NCBI GenBank assembly: GCA_951406725.2
Contig: OX597815.1
Coordinates: 144,770,001-144,834,000 of the forward strand
Length of the DNA: 64,000 bases
Direction: 5' to 3'
DNA from: Octopus vulgaris
Taxonomy: Eukaryota
In this document: piece after piece, positions 36,977 through 50,740 of the stretch
Position numbering within the stretch: the stretch's first letter is position 1
Layout of the letters: each line of letters starts with the position of its first letter
Translations under genes and position numbers: made by a program
The notes under the pieces: model-generated
Databases searched by the model: none
What the model was told of the DNA's origin: nothing
What the model saw: the letters and a program-made list of their open reading frames with translations, nothing else

Positions 36977-38783
36977 GGTGGTATGTTTGCTCTTAGTGAT
37001 CCTGAAAAGAAACAGGCATGGAAGAGCTACTATTTTAGACTATTAAATGTGGAGAATGAATGGGAGAGAGAGAGTCTTCCTCATATAAACCCAACAGAAG
37101 GACCACCTGTCCTAGTAAACAGTAGCATGACAGATAATAAAGCAATTAAAGATATGAAGACAGGCAAGGCTCCTGGTCCATCAGGAGTCTCTCCCAAGAT
37201 GCTTAAGATGTCTAGCAGAGTTGGATACAATCTAGTCACCTGTATAGTTAATGAGATTGTTCAGGAAGCCATAATCCCTAGTGAATGGCACAGCAGCATT
37301 AAGATCAGGTGCTACAATGGCAAGGGAGATCCCTTAATTAGAAATAATTATCAAGACATCAAATTGCTGGACCAGAGGATGAAAGTTATAGCCTAATTAA
37401 TTAGGAACCAAATTAGAGTAGATGAAATGCAGTTTGGCTTTCTCCCAGGGAGAAGCACCACAGATGCTATTTTCATAGTCAGGTAACTGCGAGAGAAGTA
37501 TTTAGTTAAGAACAAGCTGTTGTATTTGGCTTTTGTTGATCTACAGAAAGCCTTCAACAGAATACATTGCTCTGTGATATGATATGATGGTCACTGAGGA
37601 AGCAAGGGATAGATGAATGGTTTGTGAAAGCAATATAGGCCAGGCACGGGGACACTGTTAATAAGATAAGAGTTGACTATAGGTACAATATGAATTTAGT
37701 GTACAGTGGTTGCCCAGTAAAGACTAAGGTCCCAGTGAGCAAGAAGTTGGACCGGGCCCTTCAGCTTTCCAGTAAATGACCTTACTCAATGTGTAGGCAG
37801 AAATTCTGTTCAGAGTACCTAGTACAAGCTATGGACATGCAAGAGGGGCAGTGGAATAGTAGGAAGGTTAACAGAGAAAGTAGTGTTTGTCTGTGGAAGA
37901 TGTACAGGAGCCATAAAGGCCACAAATACATGAGAAACTGATTCTTTAAAATATCCTGGTGGCTCTCTGAAAGTTATAGATAAATTTTGCTATACATAGG
38001 TGAGCCAATTAGCAGTGGAAGAGGTTGTACAAAAAGTGTAATTGCTAGAATAAGACTAGGATGGAGAAAGTTCAGAGAGCTTTTACTTCCATTGTCAACC
38101 AATGGTCTCTCTCTCTCTCTCTCTCTCTGAGTGAAGGGAAGATTGTATGATGCATGTGTACAAACTGCAATGCTGCATGGTAGTGAGACATGGGCCCTGA
38201 ATGTGGAGGACATGTAAAGGCTCAAGAGGAATGAAGCTAGTATGCTCCACTGGAAGTGTGATGTCAATGTGCATGTGTGACAGAGCAGTGGTGCATTGAG
38301 AGAGAAGCTGAGCAGAAGAGGATTAGATGCAGTGTGCAAGAGAGAAGACCATGCTAGTTTGGTCAAGTGATGTGGATGGATGAGGACAATTTCATAAAGA
38401 AGTGCCAATCACTTGAAGTGGAGGGAATTCATGAAAGAGAGAGACCCAGGAAGACATAGAACAAAGTATTGAAGGCCAATCTATAAATGCTGAACCTTAC
38501 AAAGTAGATGAGAAAGGTTTGAGATATGTGGCACGAGAAGACCTGCCCACCACAACAGAATTGAGATCTTGAAACCAAGGTGCCACATAAAAAGCATTGG
38601 TGTGGGTGCTGCTGCCATAGAAAAAGAACTGGTATTGGTGCCATATAAAATGTACTGGTGATGATGCCATGGAAAAAGCACCCAGTATATTCTATAGAGT
38701 GGTTGGTATTAGGAAGGGCTTCCAGCTGTCAAGTCATCCAACCCATACCAGCATGAGAAACGGACATTAAATGTTGATGATGA
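36977..38783 (+). mobile_element. Degenerate RTE/BovB-like LINE
   Basis: KTGKAPGPSG, MQFGFLPGRSTTDAIF, AFVDLQKAF and LHGSETW remnants, then 3' UTR and GAT tail. Confidence 0.85.
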
Positions 38784-39929
38784 CACACACACACACTCAT
38801 ATACATATATGTATGGTGCCATCATGGGCAAAGGAACGTTTCATTGTGATACTCCATGCTGCTGACTGAGCAAGCATATAAACATGAAACTTAAGAACAA
38901 CATAAACATGTGTGTATGGGTACGTGTGTGTTTGTATATATCTCAGCGTTGTTTATAACCTTGGGAGATCACCTGCAGTTGCAATCACATCAAAGGAAAA
39001 AAATGAATGTTTTCCAGATCCACCCGTTTTGCACCTTATCAACGTAATTCTATATCTTTGCAAAGATTTGTTGTTATTGAAACAACATACCGTGTTGCCT
39101 TTCCTTCTAGTCTGCATGTTGAGTTGAGGCCTTTTTGTACCGATTCTCTCTTGTATCTCAAGACAAATAACTGTTGCTGCTGCAGACAGCTTAATACAAA
39201 TCTAACATCTTTACAACTATTTTTTTCTTAATTTTGTTACCATTATTCGTTTTGTTTTTGGAATGCTATGCACTTTAGTTGAGGTCAATGTAAATTTGTT
39301 TATTAAATTAAAAATGAATCATCACCACCACTATCATCATCATCATCATCATCATTATCACCACCATCGCCATCATCAACACCATTGTTTTAACGTCCAC
39401 TTTTCCATGCTTGTGTGAATCTGACAGAGTTCATTGTGGTAAATTTTGCTGCAGTTGGATGCCATTTCTGCCGCCAACCCATGACTGTTTCCAAGCAAAA
39501 TGATAATATTTCTCCATGGCCAGACATGTCTTCTTCCAGAATGTTGGAAGTGAATGATATAACAGTGACACTTATTTACAACAATCATGTGATGTTAGGA
39601 CAAGGAGACACAAACACACACACACACATGCATATGTACATATATGTATATAAATCATCATCATCATCGTCGTTTAACGTCCACTTTCCCTGCTGGTACA
39701 ATATAAATAGCATCAACTGGCACAATATAAAAAGCATCAACTTCACTCTGTAAGGTGGTTGGTGTTAGGAAGTGCATCCAGCCATAAAACCCATGCCAAA
39801 ACAAACAGTAAAGGCTGGGACAGTCCTCTGCTTACCAACTCCTGCCAAACCATCCAACCTATGCCAGCATGGAAAATGGACGTCAAATGATGTATGTGTG
39901 TGTGTGTACATACATATATATATATATAT

Positions 39930-40690
39930 CATCATCATCATCATCGTTTAACGTCCGCTTTCCATGCTAACATGGGTTGGATGAATGACTGAGGGCTGGT
40001 GAACCAGATGGATGCACCGGGCTTCAATCTTGATCTGGCAGAGTTTCTACAGCTGGATGCCCTTCCTAACGCCAACCACTCAGAGAGTGTAGAGGGTACT
40101 TTTACATGCCACCGGCACGGGGCCAGTCAGGCGGTGCTGGCAATGACCTCGCTCGAATCTTTTACACATGCCACCGGCACAAGTACCAGTAAGGCGATGC
40201 TGGTAACAATCATGCTCAAATGGTGTCTTTTACATGCCACCAGCACGGAGACCAGATAGCCGCTCTGGCAATGATCTCGCTCAGTGCTCTTTAAGGTGAT
40301 GCTGGTACAGATCACGCTCAAATGGTGCCTTTTAAGTGCCACTGGCATGGAAGCTGGTTAGCCGCTCTGTCAATGATCACACTCATATGGTGCTCTTTGC
40401 ACCCCGCTAGCACGGACGCCAGTCATCTAATTTGATTTTGATTTTTGATTTGATTTCACTTGCCTCAACAGGTCTTCGCAAGCAGAGTTTTAGTGTTCAA
40501 AGAAGGAAAAGGTACGCATAAGTGGGCTGGTAATACCCCTGGCATAGGCCACAAGATTATGGTCTCATTTGGCTTGCCGGGTCTTCTTACGCATAGCATA
40601 TTTCCAAAAGTCTCGGTCACTAATCATTTCTTCAGTGAGGCCCAAAGTTTGAAGGTCGTGCTTCACCTCTTCATCTCAGGTCTTCTTAGA
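39930..40690 (-). mobile_element. RTE LINE 3' end with tandem-unit UTR
   Basis: (CAT)n tail at the left end. Reverse complement of the 3' UTR seen at 46700-47133. Confidence 0.78.
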
Positions 40691-41039
40691 TTCACATGTC
40701 CTTAGATTCACATTGGATCGTGTCACCCATGCCAACATGGAACATGGACATTAACTCTTTCGCTACCAACCCGGCTGAAACCGCCTCTGGATCTGTAGTA
40801 CAAACGTCTTGTTTTCAAAAGTTTTCAATGAAAATCTTCCACCAAACTTTAGTCACAATTTATGCTCCTAACACTAGCTTAATGATTACTAAGTTATTTT
40901 ACTATTCATATCTGCACTTGGTCTGCTTAGGAAGTTATTATGTCCTAGCATATGTGCTGCTTCTTTTAGTTTTCATATTTTCTAGTGGTGTTCTCTGTCT
41001 ATTATTTTAACTTCATCCAACAGGGGGAAGTGGTCTCCA

Positions 41040-41199
41040 ACCTGAATAACAACAACAACATTGAAAATACCTTAGGAATGAGAACCCAGGTTTGAAATTT
41101 CCCCCAAGACACCTGATGAAGGCTGGAGGGTATATCAGCCAAAACGTGTTAACAACAAATAAGATGAGGACAAATATCTGTGAAATGTAAATAATGTAC
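41040..41199 (+). mobile_element. Family C element, headless copy with hammerhead-like motif
   Basis: GACAC-CTGATGA-A-GGCTG-gagggtatat-CAGCC-AAAA-CGTGTT at 41108-41150. Confidence 0.75.
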
Positions 41200-41709
41200 C
41201 TATTCAAATGTTGGAAATTACAGACACTGCATATTTTCCACGTCGTCTACATGGCCTATACACATAACATATGCTATGGATAACTGCCAAAAGATATTTT
41301 GTGTAGCAAGCTAGTGTTTCTTACTATAAAAGTTTGAGCACACAGATCTTTGCTGGATGTGACAACTGCTGCTTAATGGAATTAACATTCAGTACATCGC
41401 CAACATGATAAGTGATTGTCTGAAAACACCATCATGATATTACCTACCCTTAAGGTATGATGTCATGCCTAGAACATTCTATAATGGAATCTGGAGAAAT
41501 ATAAGAAGCCACATAACTACATGTATAATGAGCAGTGGCGGACTGGCCAGCTTGCCCTCCACCATTAAAATCCATATTTGGGGACCAATTTTAGTATCAA
41601 AGGGGCCCATCCCCTCAAGTTTGAGAATTTTTTATTCACTCCTGAAAGAATGTATTAATTATTTCAGCTTGGTTGTGTTTGTAGACAGTTGAAAAGAATA
41701 ATTTTAACA

Positions 41710-42412
41710 AACTAGAAAATCATTCGGAGAGCACAGACCTCCGCCAAGCAGCTCATTTCCACCCATATGCATGCATGCTGAAAATTGCCCAATTTCCCAA
41801 ACCAACACCAGCAAAAACATAACCTCCTTGGCAGGGGTTAAAAAAATAACACAGCCATATGATTTTTTTTAAAAAACCCTTTAAAAACAGGAATCATCTG
41901 AAGCAGTTATAATAATAATAATAATAATGAAATTATTGTATACAGTGCTCAGGTGCACCACAACTTGTCAGAAAGTGCGTATAAAGTGTATGCAGTAATG
42001 TACAAATATGTATAATACATCAATGACAATAGCAAGCTGGTTTCACCATACAACTAAAAAGAAACAACAGTTACCTAAAACTTGAGTGATACACACACAA
42101 CACAAGTAAAATTACTAAGAGAGAAACAAAAATAAACTAGGTTATGTGGAAAGATGAACGTGTTTCCAAGGGAGATAATCAAAGAACATTATAAAACTTC
42201 ATGTAAAGTAAATATAACAAAAGAAAAATCCTTCAAGAATCCATAAAAATTATTCCCAGATCACTACCAAAATTTCATCACCTGTTCCTTGCGTCATTAC
42301 CAACGTTTCCTGCAAGTTTCATCAAATACTGTTCACATTTTGATTTATTTTGCACACAGATGGACAAACCAATGCCAATGAAAACATAACCTCCTTCCTT
42401 GGCGGAGGTAAA
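41710..42412 (-). mobile_element. Helentron/DINE-1-like non-autonomous element
   Basis: Sub-terminal inverted repeat ACCTCCGCCAAG (41728) / CTTGGCGGAGGT (42398), T-rich insertion site, CTAG near the far end. Confidence 0.55.
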
Positions 42413-44797
42413 AAAAAAATTAAATGATAACGTAGTTACAGGTAGGCCCCCTTGTAGTTGCAAGGGCGGGAGGCCTTAGTCTTCTGGCAACCAATATTTT
42501 TAGACCCAGTCCACTACTGATAATGAGGAAGACATAACCATATATATAATACAAGAATACTGGTTCAATGTTCCTGTCAATCTTCTATAAAATACAAGCA
42601 TAACAGACCAGACATTATGATCTAGGACAGAAAGAAACTGCACAGCAGGTGAAATCAGTTCTCCAGCAGATGTCAAGATAACATTAAAGATCATTCTTTT
42701 ACTCTTTTACTTGTTTCAGTCATTTGACTACAGCCATGCTGGAGCACCACCTTGAGGGGTTTTAGCTGAACAAATCAACCCTAGGACTTATTTTTTAAGC
42801 CTACTGTTTATTCTATCAGTCTCTTTTGCTGAATCACTAGATTACGGGGATGTAAACACACCAACACTGGTTGTCAAGCAGTGATGGGGGACAAACACAC
42901 ACATAGGGCAACATGCCGTGCTTGAGGAGACCTATTGAGTCAAGTATATCAATATCAACATCAGTCTCAAAATCAAATCAAATTACAATCAAACAGAAAT
43001 TGTAGTTGTGACCCTCGTGCCGGTGGCATGTAAAAAGCACCATCCAAACGTGGCCGATGCCAGTGCTGCCTTGACTGGCTTCCATGCCAGTGGCATATAA
43101 ATAGCACCATCCTATCATGGTCAATACCAGCTCCTCTGGGCCCTGTGCCGGTGGCACATAAAAAGCACCTACTACCCCCTCGAAGTGGTTGGCATTAGGA
43201 AGGGCATCCAGCCGTAGAAACACTGCCAGATCAGATTGGGACCTGGTGCAGCCCCCTGGCTTCCCAGACCCCAGTCTGGAAAACAGACATTAAACAATGA
43301 TGATGATGATGACATATATATATACAATAGGCTTCTTTTAGTTTTCATCTATGAAATTCACTCACAAGGCTTTGGTTAGCGTGAGGCTACAATAGAAGAC
43401 ACTTTCCCAAGGTGCCACTCAGAACCATGTAGTTGGGAAGCAAGCTTCTTATCACACAGCCATACCTGCGCCTGAAGAAGAAAAACATTTATGCCAAACT
43501 AATAAGTCTGCTGTTTCTTCATCCAGGCTATAATTCTGAATTTCTACCAATAATATTTGAAGCATTTTGGCGATATGAATCAGGGCCAACTTTGAGAAGC
43601 TGGGAGTCACAAAACCAGAAAGAACACACCTCTTCAAAAGATTACAACCAGAAATTTTCAAAGGCACTGTAAAAATATGTGAAACATTCAAGAAGTTTAG
43701 CATGTAATAGATGCAGTGACATCCATGTGCACATGCACATAGATATGTATATATATATTTACATGCATACATACATACACACATACATACATCACATATA
43801 CATACACACATACATTATATGCATACAAACATATATGCAATCATGCATACATACATATATACGTACATGAGTATGTGTATGTGTACATATATATTTATGT
43901 TGAATGAAGCTGGTTTAATCGATTATAGTAACAGAAATTTCAATGAAAGAGATCAAGTTATGAATTCAATGTTTTGGTTACATAAGATTGAGAAATCACA
44001 TCTGGTATATCTTATGGTGGTCTTCACAAAGAACAGACAACTTTATATTGTATGTGGCTTATTTTAGAGTGTTTTTAACCAATTTATGACCATATTTTTG
44101 CTGAAATACCCTGCTTTCATTACAAAGGTATTGTAAAATAACTATATTTATATTAAGTACAGATTATGTTCAATAGATCACAGTGGGACTGAACCCGGAA
44201 CCATGTGGTTTGTAAGCAAGCTGCTTACCACACAGCCACTCCTACGCCTAGATATCTTTTCAAAATGATAGAGAACAACAATTACCTTCCAAAGAAATAA
44301 ATGTCTTTTTACTTTGATAAGTTCTAAGATGGCTGTTTAATAATTTACAATTAAGAGTTGTTTTTTTCCCTGGTGAAAAAAATTGCAAATCATTTCTAAA
44401 CCACAAGAAGTTTATCAAGTTAAAAAAAGTTACAAATGTATACAAAAAAGAAAAATAAGTTATCTAAGTCTAATCTCAACATGAAAGCTTTTATGAATTT
44501 AGAGAGATTAACCTTTGGCATTATGTTGTGCTTGAGAAGAAGACCCATCAAGCGAAGTAAGATCGCAGTCATGGCAGATACTGGTGTCGTAAATGGCACC
44601 CATGCCAGTGGCATGTAAGAGCACCCATTTCACTCTCAGAGTGGTTGCTGTTAGGAAGAGCATCCAGCTGTAGAAACCATGCCAAATCAGACTAGGGTTT
44701 GGTGCAGCATTCTGGCTTGCCAGCTCTGGTCAAACTGTCCAACACATGCACAATGGACGCTAAATGATTATGATGATGATGACTATGATTATGATAA

Positions 44798-45012
44798 CCC
44801 TTTTGCATTCAGTTTATTCTGTCGAATTTAATATTTATTCATTTACATTGTTTTGAATAAATCATACATAATCTCATAGTTTCAAGATAATGTGGTTGTT
44901 TATTATTAGAATGACATTGTAGGATAGATGTGAGCGACCAGATCTGGTTCATTTGAACATAAAACAGGCAGAACATTTTGGGCTGGATGTGGCCAGTTTA
45001 AATGCTAAAGGG
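44798..45012. mobile_element. piggyBac-like MITE (family 2)
   Basis: CCCTTTTGCATT...AATGCTAAAGGG-TTAA. Related pieces at about 12430-12635, 13185-13790 and 55080-55783. Confidence 0.65.
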
Positions 45013-45284
45013 TTAAGCAAGTAAGAAAGATAAAGAGAGTGTGTGCTAATAGATACAAACTGATGGAAATATTCAAGTTGTAATTCAGTTTAGTTCTAAT
45101 GCAGTGTCTTTACCAGAAGCTCAATGAGTGTGTGATGTGTCTCCATTATAATAGCACTCTTGAGTTACAAGATATTTTGCTTCTCCTTGGATTTGGGGAT
45201 TAAAAAGGACTTAATCCTAGGATTTAAAATATTATACAATTAATAATGGTTTTCTTACTTTATTTCTTACAATTGATACATGAA

Positions 45285-47133
45285 GGAGCACCATAGTCAA
45301 CTGCTACAAGGGTAAAGGTGATGCATTAGATACAAATAATTACAAAGGTATCAAGCTGTTGGATCAGGTAATGAAGGTCCCAGAGAGGGTTATAGCCCAA
45401 CTAATTAGGGAAAGAGTCAGTCTAGATGAGATGCAGTTTGGGTTTGTGCCAGGGAAAAGCACCACTGATGCTATATTCCTGGTAAGACAGCTGCAGGAGA
45501 AATACCTAGCCAAAGATAAGTCTCTGTACCTGGCTTTCATTGACATGGAGAAATTCTTTGACAGGGTCCCTCGATCCCTTATCTGGTGGTCAATGTGGAA
45601 ACTAGAAATAGATGAGTGGTTAGTAAGAGCTATCAAACCATACACAGGGATGCTGTCAGTAATGTGAGGATTGGCAAATGAGTACAGAGAAGAATTCTGT
45701 GTAGGGATAGGGATCCACCAAGGATCAGTCCTCAGCCTCCTCTTATTCATCAAAGTCCTCCAGGCAATAACAGGAATTCAAAACAGGATGCCCCTGGGAG
45801 CTTCTCTGTGCTTATGACCTTGCTCTAATAGCTGAGTCACTAACAGAACTAGAGGAGAAGTTTCAGGTGTGGAAGCAAGGTCTAGAATCAAAGGAGCTTA
45901 GAGTCAATCTAGAAAAAACCAAAGTCTTAATAAGTAGGAAGGCAGACAAATCTCAAATCCCTTCAGGTAGATGGCCCTGCTCGATCTGTAGAAAAGGCAT
46001 AGGTAGAAACTCTATTAGATGTAGGTGGTGTAAGCTATGGACACATAAGAGGTGCAACAATATCAAAGGAAGGCTAACTGGGGAGATAGTTTTTGTGTGT
46101 GGCAAATTCTCAGGAGCAATAAACACTGAAAATGTGCAGAGAAATGCCAGGGGGAAAGACTACAAGTAGTTGATAGCTTCTGTTACCTAGGTGACCAAGT
46201 CAGTAGTAGGAGGTGGCTGCTTTGAGAGTATAGCTCTGGGCAAAGTTCAGAGAGCTCTTACCTCTGCTGGTGACAAAGGGCCTCTCACTCAGAATAAAAG
46301 GTAGACTGTATGATGCATGTGTGCAAACAGCCATGCTACATGGCAGTGAAACATGGGCCATGGCTGTTGAGGACATGTGTAAGCTTGCAAGGAATAAAGC
46401 TAGTACGCTTCGCTAGATGTGTAATGTCAGTGTGCATACATGACAGAGTGTAAGCACCCTGAGAGAAAAATTGGACATAAGAAGCATCAGATGTGGTGTG
46501 CAAGAGAGATGACTGTGCTGGTATGATCATGTGTTACATATAGATGAGGACAACTGTGTGAAAAAGTGTCACACCCTAGCAGTTGAGGGAACCTGTGGAA
46601 GAGGTAGGCCCAGGAAGACCTGGGATGAAGTGGTGAAGCATGACCCTTGAATGTTGGGCCTCATGGAGGTGATGACAAGTGACTGAAACCTTTGGAGATA
46701 TGCTGTGCTTGAGAATACCCAGCAAGCCAAGTGAGACCATAACTGTGGCCTATGCCAGTGCATCATAACGAGCCCATTTAAGAGTACCCTTCAATCATTG
46801 GGCAATAAACTGTGCTTGGGAAGACCTATTGAGTCAAGTGAAATCATTGTCATGGCTGATGGCATTACCACCTGATTTGCACCCATGCCAATGGCATGTA
46901 AAAAGCACCATTCGAGCGTGATCGATGCCAGTGCCGCCTGACTGGTCCTTGTGCCGGTGGCATAGAAAAAGCACACACTACACTCTTAGAGTGGTTTGCG
47001 TTAGGAAGGACATCCAGCTGTAGAAACTTTGCTAGATCAGATTGGAGCCCGGTGCAGCTTTCTATCAAACTGCCCAACCCATGCCAGCATGGAAAGTGGA
47101 CGTTAAACAACAACGACGACGATGGTGATGATG
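45285..47133 (+). mobile_element. RTE/BovB-like LINE, RT to 3' end (best preserved copy)
   Basis: QFGFVPGKSTTDAIFLVRQLQEKY, AFIDMEK, GIHQGSVLS, a degenerate YADD, a Cys-rich finger and GRGRPRKTW, then 3' UTR and GAT tail. Confidence 0.92.
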
Positions 47134-48694
47134 ATAGAAAAGTATCTAAGGATACTCTGTCTAAAGTTCAGAATCTTATTACAGGAGAGATAAGGATGCA
47201 CATTGCACAGAAGTAAAATTAGGTCATAAAAGTTCTTCCCAGAAGCATCTACACCTATGATACCTATAATCTGAAAGTTGTCCCTGTTTGAGCCTTAGAA
47301 ATTAAGTGAAGCCTAACAAAGGCAGGTGTTTGGTTTTGTGTATATGTAGTTATATCTTTGTGAACCAGTCAGCCATACATCTTGTCTCCAACTACTCAAC
47401 AACTCTCCCAGAAACCAGTTATGTAAACCAATGGCCACACCATAGCATCCCACAAGTTGGTTAGTGAGCAAACCTAAACAGAAGCTATCAACAATCTTGG
47501 AAAGGTTGCTATACAGGAAATATCACCCCTTAAGTGTATGAAGACTGAAATGGTAGATGAGGTAGATTAAAACTTAATATGGTCAATGGCTCAGAAGACA
47601 TGGCAGTAAGATGTGTGGCACATCTAAGGCACTCTCTTGATGGAATACAGACTTGTGACCAGCTTCTGTGGAAGGGACAGGGACTCTACTATGTTCATAA
47701 CTGGACCTGTTGTAAATCATGGCTCTAAGTTGGAAATCCTTGATATTCAATTTGCAGAGAGTAGATGATACCTAAGAAAGAAGTTGGGTCCATGAGCTAA
47801 GTTTTCAGAATTTTTAAAAGCCTAATGTCCATTGGAAAATTCATTTAGATAAAAGAGGTCCAGTCACATGATTATAGTGGGAAATATGAAATGTGATGCT
47901 GTATGGTAGTGAACCATGGATAGTATGTGGGTGAATCAAAAAGTAATGCCATTTTGTTTAGGACAGGTATAATTACCAACACAGGAACATGTATCATAAA
48001 TCAAAATGAAGCTGGTCCTCTGTGGATCATATCCCTACTTCTCAACATAATTACCGTTTCTCTCAATAGCAATGTTCCACCACCCTCATAAATCTAACAC
48101 ATGGAGGGGAATTAATTGAATGCTTCTCCTACAGAACTGGCTGGTCTTGTAATTCCATCTCACGGGCACATCCAACCCACTCATCTCTTTCTCTACTTCT
48201 CATTGTCCTTGCATCCAACCTCACCACCCTTGCACAAAGCACTGCACTCTGATCTTTCTCTCTAGAACATTGGTAATCTGGAATCACCTCATGTCTTTCC
48301 TGTAGATCCTGACCTGCCACAGTTTAAATGGAACATTCATGACATCAATCTTACAGGTCATGGAGAGTCTGCAAAGGTTATGGGACTCTGTCCCTTCCTC
48401 CAGACTTAGCCAGTAAAAAGGAAAATGCAACCCATTAGATGCGTTTAATATCTGAACTCAAGGGGCTAATTAAGCATGAAATACATTAATTAATGAATGC
48501 AGATAATTGGGTTGTTAGGAACAAAAAAGAAAATGTATTGGCTTGGTTATGTGATTGATAAGCTTGCTTCCTAGCCCGTGTGGTCACAAGTACAATCTCA
48601 CTGTGTGGCCCCTTGGGTAAGTGTCTTCTATAGCTCTGGACTGACCAAAACCTTCTGAGCAGATTTGGTAGATGGAAACTGGAAGAAGCCTGTC

Positions 48695-48697
48695 ATA

Positions 48698-48746
<49 letters not shown>
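48695..48746. repeat. (TA)n microsatellite
   Basis: Visible directly in the sequence. Similar tracts at 25871-25925 and 53082-53152. Confidence 0.95.
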
Positions 48747-48748
<2 letters not shown>

Positions 48749-48940
48749 TATTCGCCATGATAGATCCCTAGCCACTAAACCTTTTTTATTTTCTCTCCCT
48801 GTTTATTTCTGTGTTCCTTTCTGCCGAAGAGTGTAGGCTCGAAACATAAAGGACTTTCTCACTTCCCGAGTGTTAAACTAATACATCTCTCTATTGTTCA
48901 CACACCCATCTTTGTCTTTTGTTTTTTTGTAAATTCTGAC
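48747..48940 (+). mobile_element. Short repeat-like element in (TA)n with a hammerhead-like fold
   Basis: Flanked by TA tracts. CTGCCGA-A-GAGT-gtag-GCTC-GAAA-CATA-AAGGA at 48821-48853. Confidence 0.45.
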
Positions 48941-50740
48941 TATATATATAGGACCGTGTGATGCGAGATAACGAGAGTTAATGTTGGACAACACACAGTC
49001 CTTACAATATATGTAGGATTGACTGTGATCTGTGCAGGGAGAAAAGAGAGAGACACAACAGCATGGAATGCTTGTGAAAGATTTATTGATATATTTACAT
49101 GCATCTGTGTGGGTTGTTTGTTGTTAACCAAGGTGAAATAGTTCATGAACAGCACTATGTTAGAACCTGTGCAGTGTTGCTGGTGCTGTGTACATAGAGA
49201 TGTTGTTGATGACATGATGGTGGCAATGAAGATGGAGGTTGCTGTAATGCTGTTGGATGGGTGTTGTCTGGCATTGTCACTGGAACTGGCTGTGTCGTGT
49301 GGTTAGTGGTTAGATCTTAGAAGGTCTGGAACCAAAGACCTCAAGATGAGGAGTAGCTGGGTTTTTATAGGTAACAGTAGGCTCAAATTGGATTATGAAC
49401 AAGCTGTCTCACATGATCTTATTTAGGGACCCCGATTGGTTAGGTTGCATACTGGGGTGACAGAGTAAGAGACAAATTGTGCCAATACCAACCAATCAAA
49501 GTGGTGGACAACAGGGTCCAAATAGCGGCCAAAAGTTAGCTGTTATCTACTACGTTCAAATGTATGTATATTTAATAAAGGAGAGAGGAATTTCACTTGA
49601 GTGTACGCTACATGTATATATGTGTGTGTGTGTGTGTGAGGTGTATGTATGTACAAATCAAAGTATACAGTATTGTAGATCAATTACTGTCAATATTAGC
49701 AAATTGATTTCACCCTAAATACTCTTCATGAAGAGCATGTGGTACTACTTAACTGTGCTAGTAAGATCGGCTGAAACGGATATATAACACTGTATACTTT
49801 GATTAATAGACTCACTCTATTGACAAACATAGAAATGCATCGTTTTTATGACTTATCGATTCTTAGACGATCGTGTTTGTGTGTGTGCCTGTCGTGATAC
49901 TATGTGATGGTTGTGATCAAGCATCACTGTCCATCCCAGCCTTAATATTCGTTTTCAGTTTTCTATGAAAAACATGTTTGACCACTGGGAAATATTACTT
50001 TTGCTGGAAACAGGTGAGGGTTGGCGACAGGGAGAGCATATGGCTATAAAAAAAATCTGCCAAATTCCCAAGCATGGAAAAGTGGACGTTAAATGATGAT
50101 GAATAATACCTACATGCTCGGTGAAAAAGTATAGTGTGTGAATGCCAAAGGGCTTCAAAGTTAAGAAGCATATAAATAAACACAGAGAATGCTATGCATC
50201 ACTGATGAAATTCCTAGTCTTAGAGGATTGATACCCATGGTAATCTAAGATATTGACACTATCGTTGAAGCTCGATGTTTATTCAAGTGATTGTTACAAT
50301 CTTTGAGCGGTAAGGTCTCAACAGACCCAATATAATTTGAATGCCGTATTAGAGTTCTAGAAGGAACTTATATTGTTGATGTCTGAAAAGGCTCGAACAT
50401 AACTTGACATACACACCCGACTTTTTTTTTTATACTTTTAAATAAAAAAAAAAAGCATTTTCCTTTATTTATACAACAGCTAACGATACACACATTAATA
50501 ATCACTTGCAATTCTGTAAATTTCAAATAGAATGGGAAAAAATCGCTGCTAATTACAAATTCTCTATTTTTTCCTTTATTTCCCGTAAAATTTTACATTA
50601 GAGGTTATCAAATATGATCTTGCCAACAATACTGTAAAATCCTTTCATAGAAAACCAATTAAAAAATGTTTAATTATTGTAACTTTTAATGCTTAACGAA
50701 AATGATTAAAAAAAGAGGATTTTTTGTGGGAGAGAACAAG

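Noticed and set aside
50196-50245. Further hammerhead candidate (CTGATGA-A..TCCT/AGGA)
   Set aside because: The GAAA core is replaced by GATA and there is no clear stem I or cleavage triplet. Too degenerate to call.
28586-50740. Shared bidirectional promoter or hidden gene between CDC6 and CARF
   Set aside because: The candidate starts are more than 20 kb apart, and I found no consistent exon chain, only TE remnants. Small exons could have been missed.
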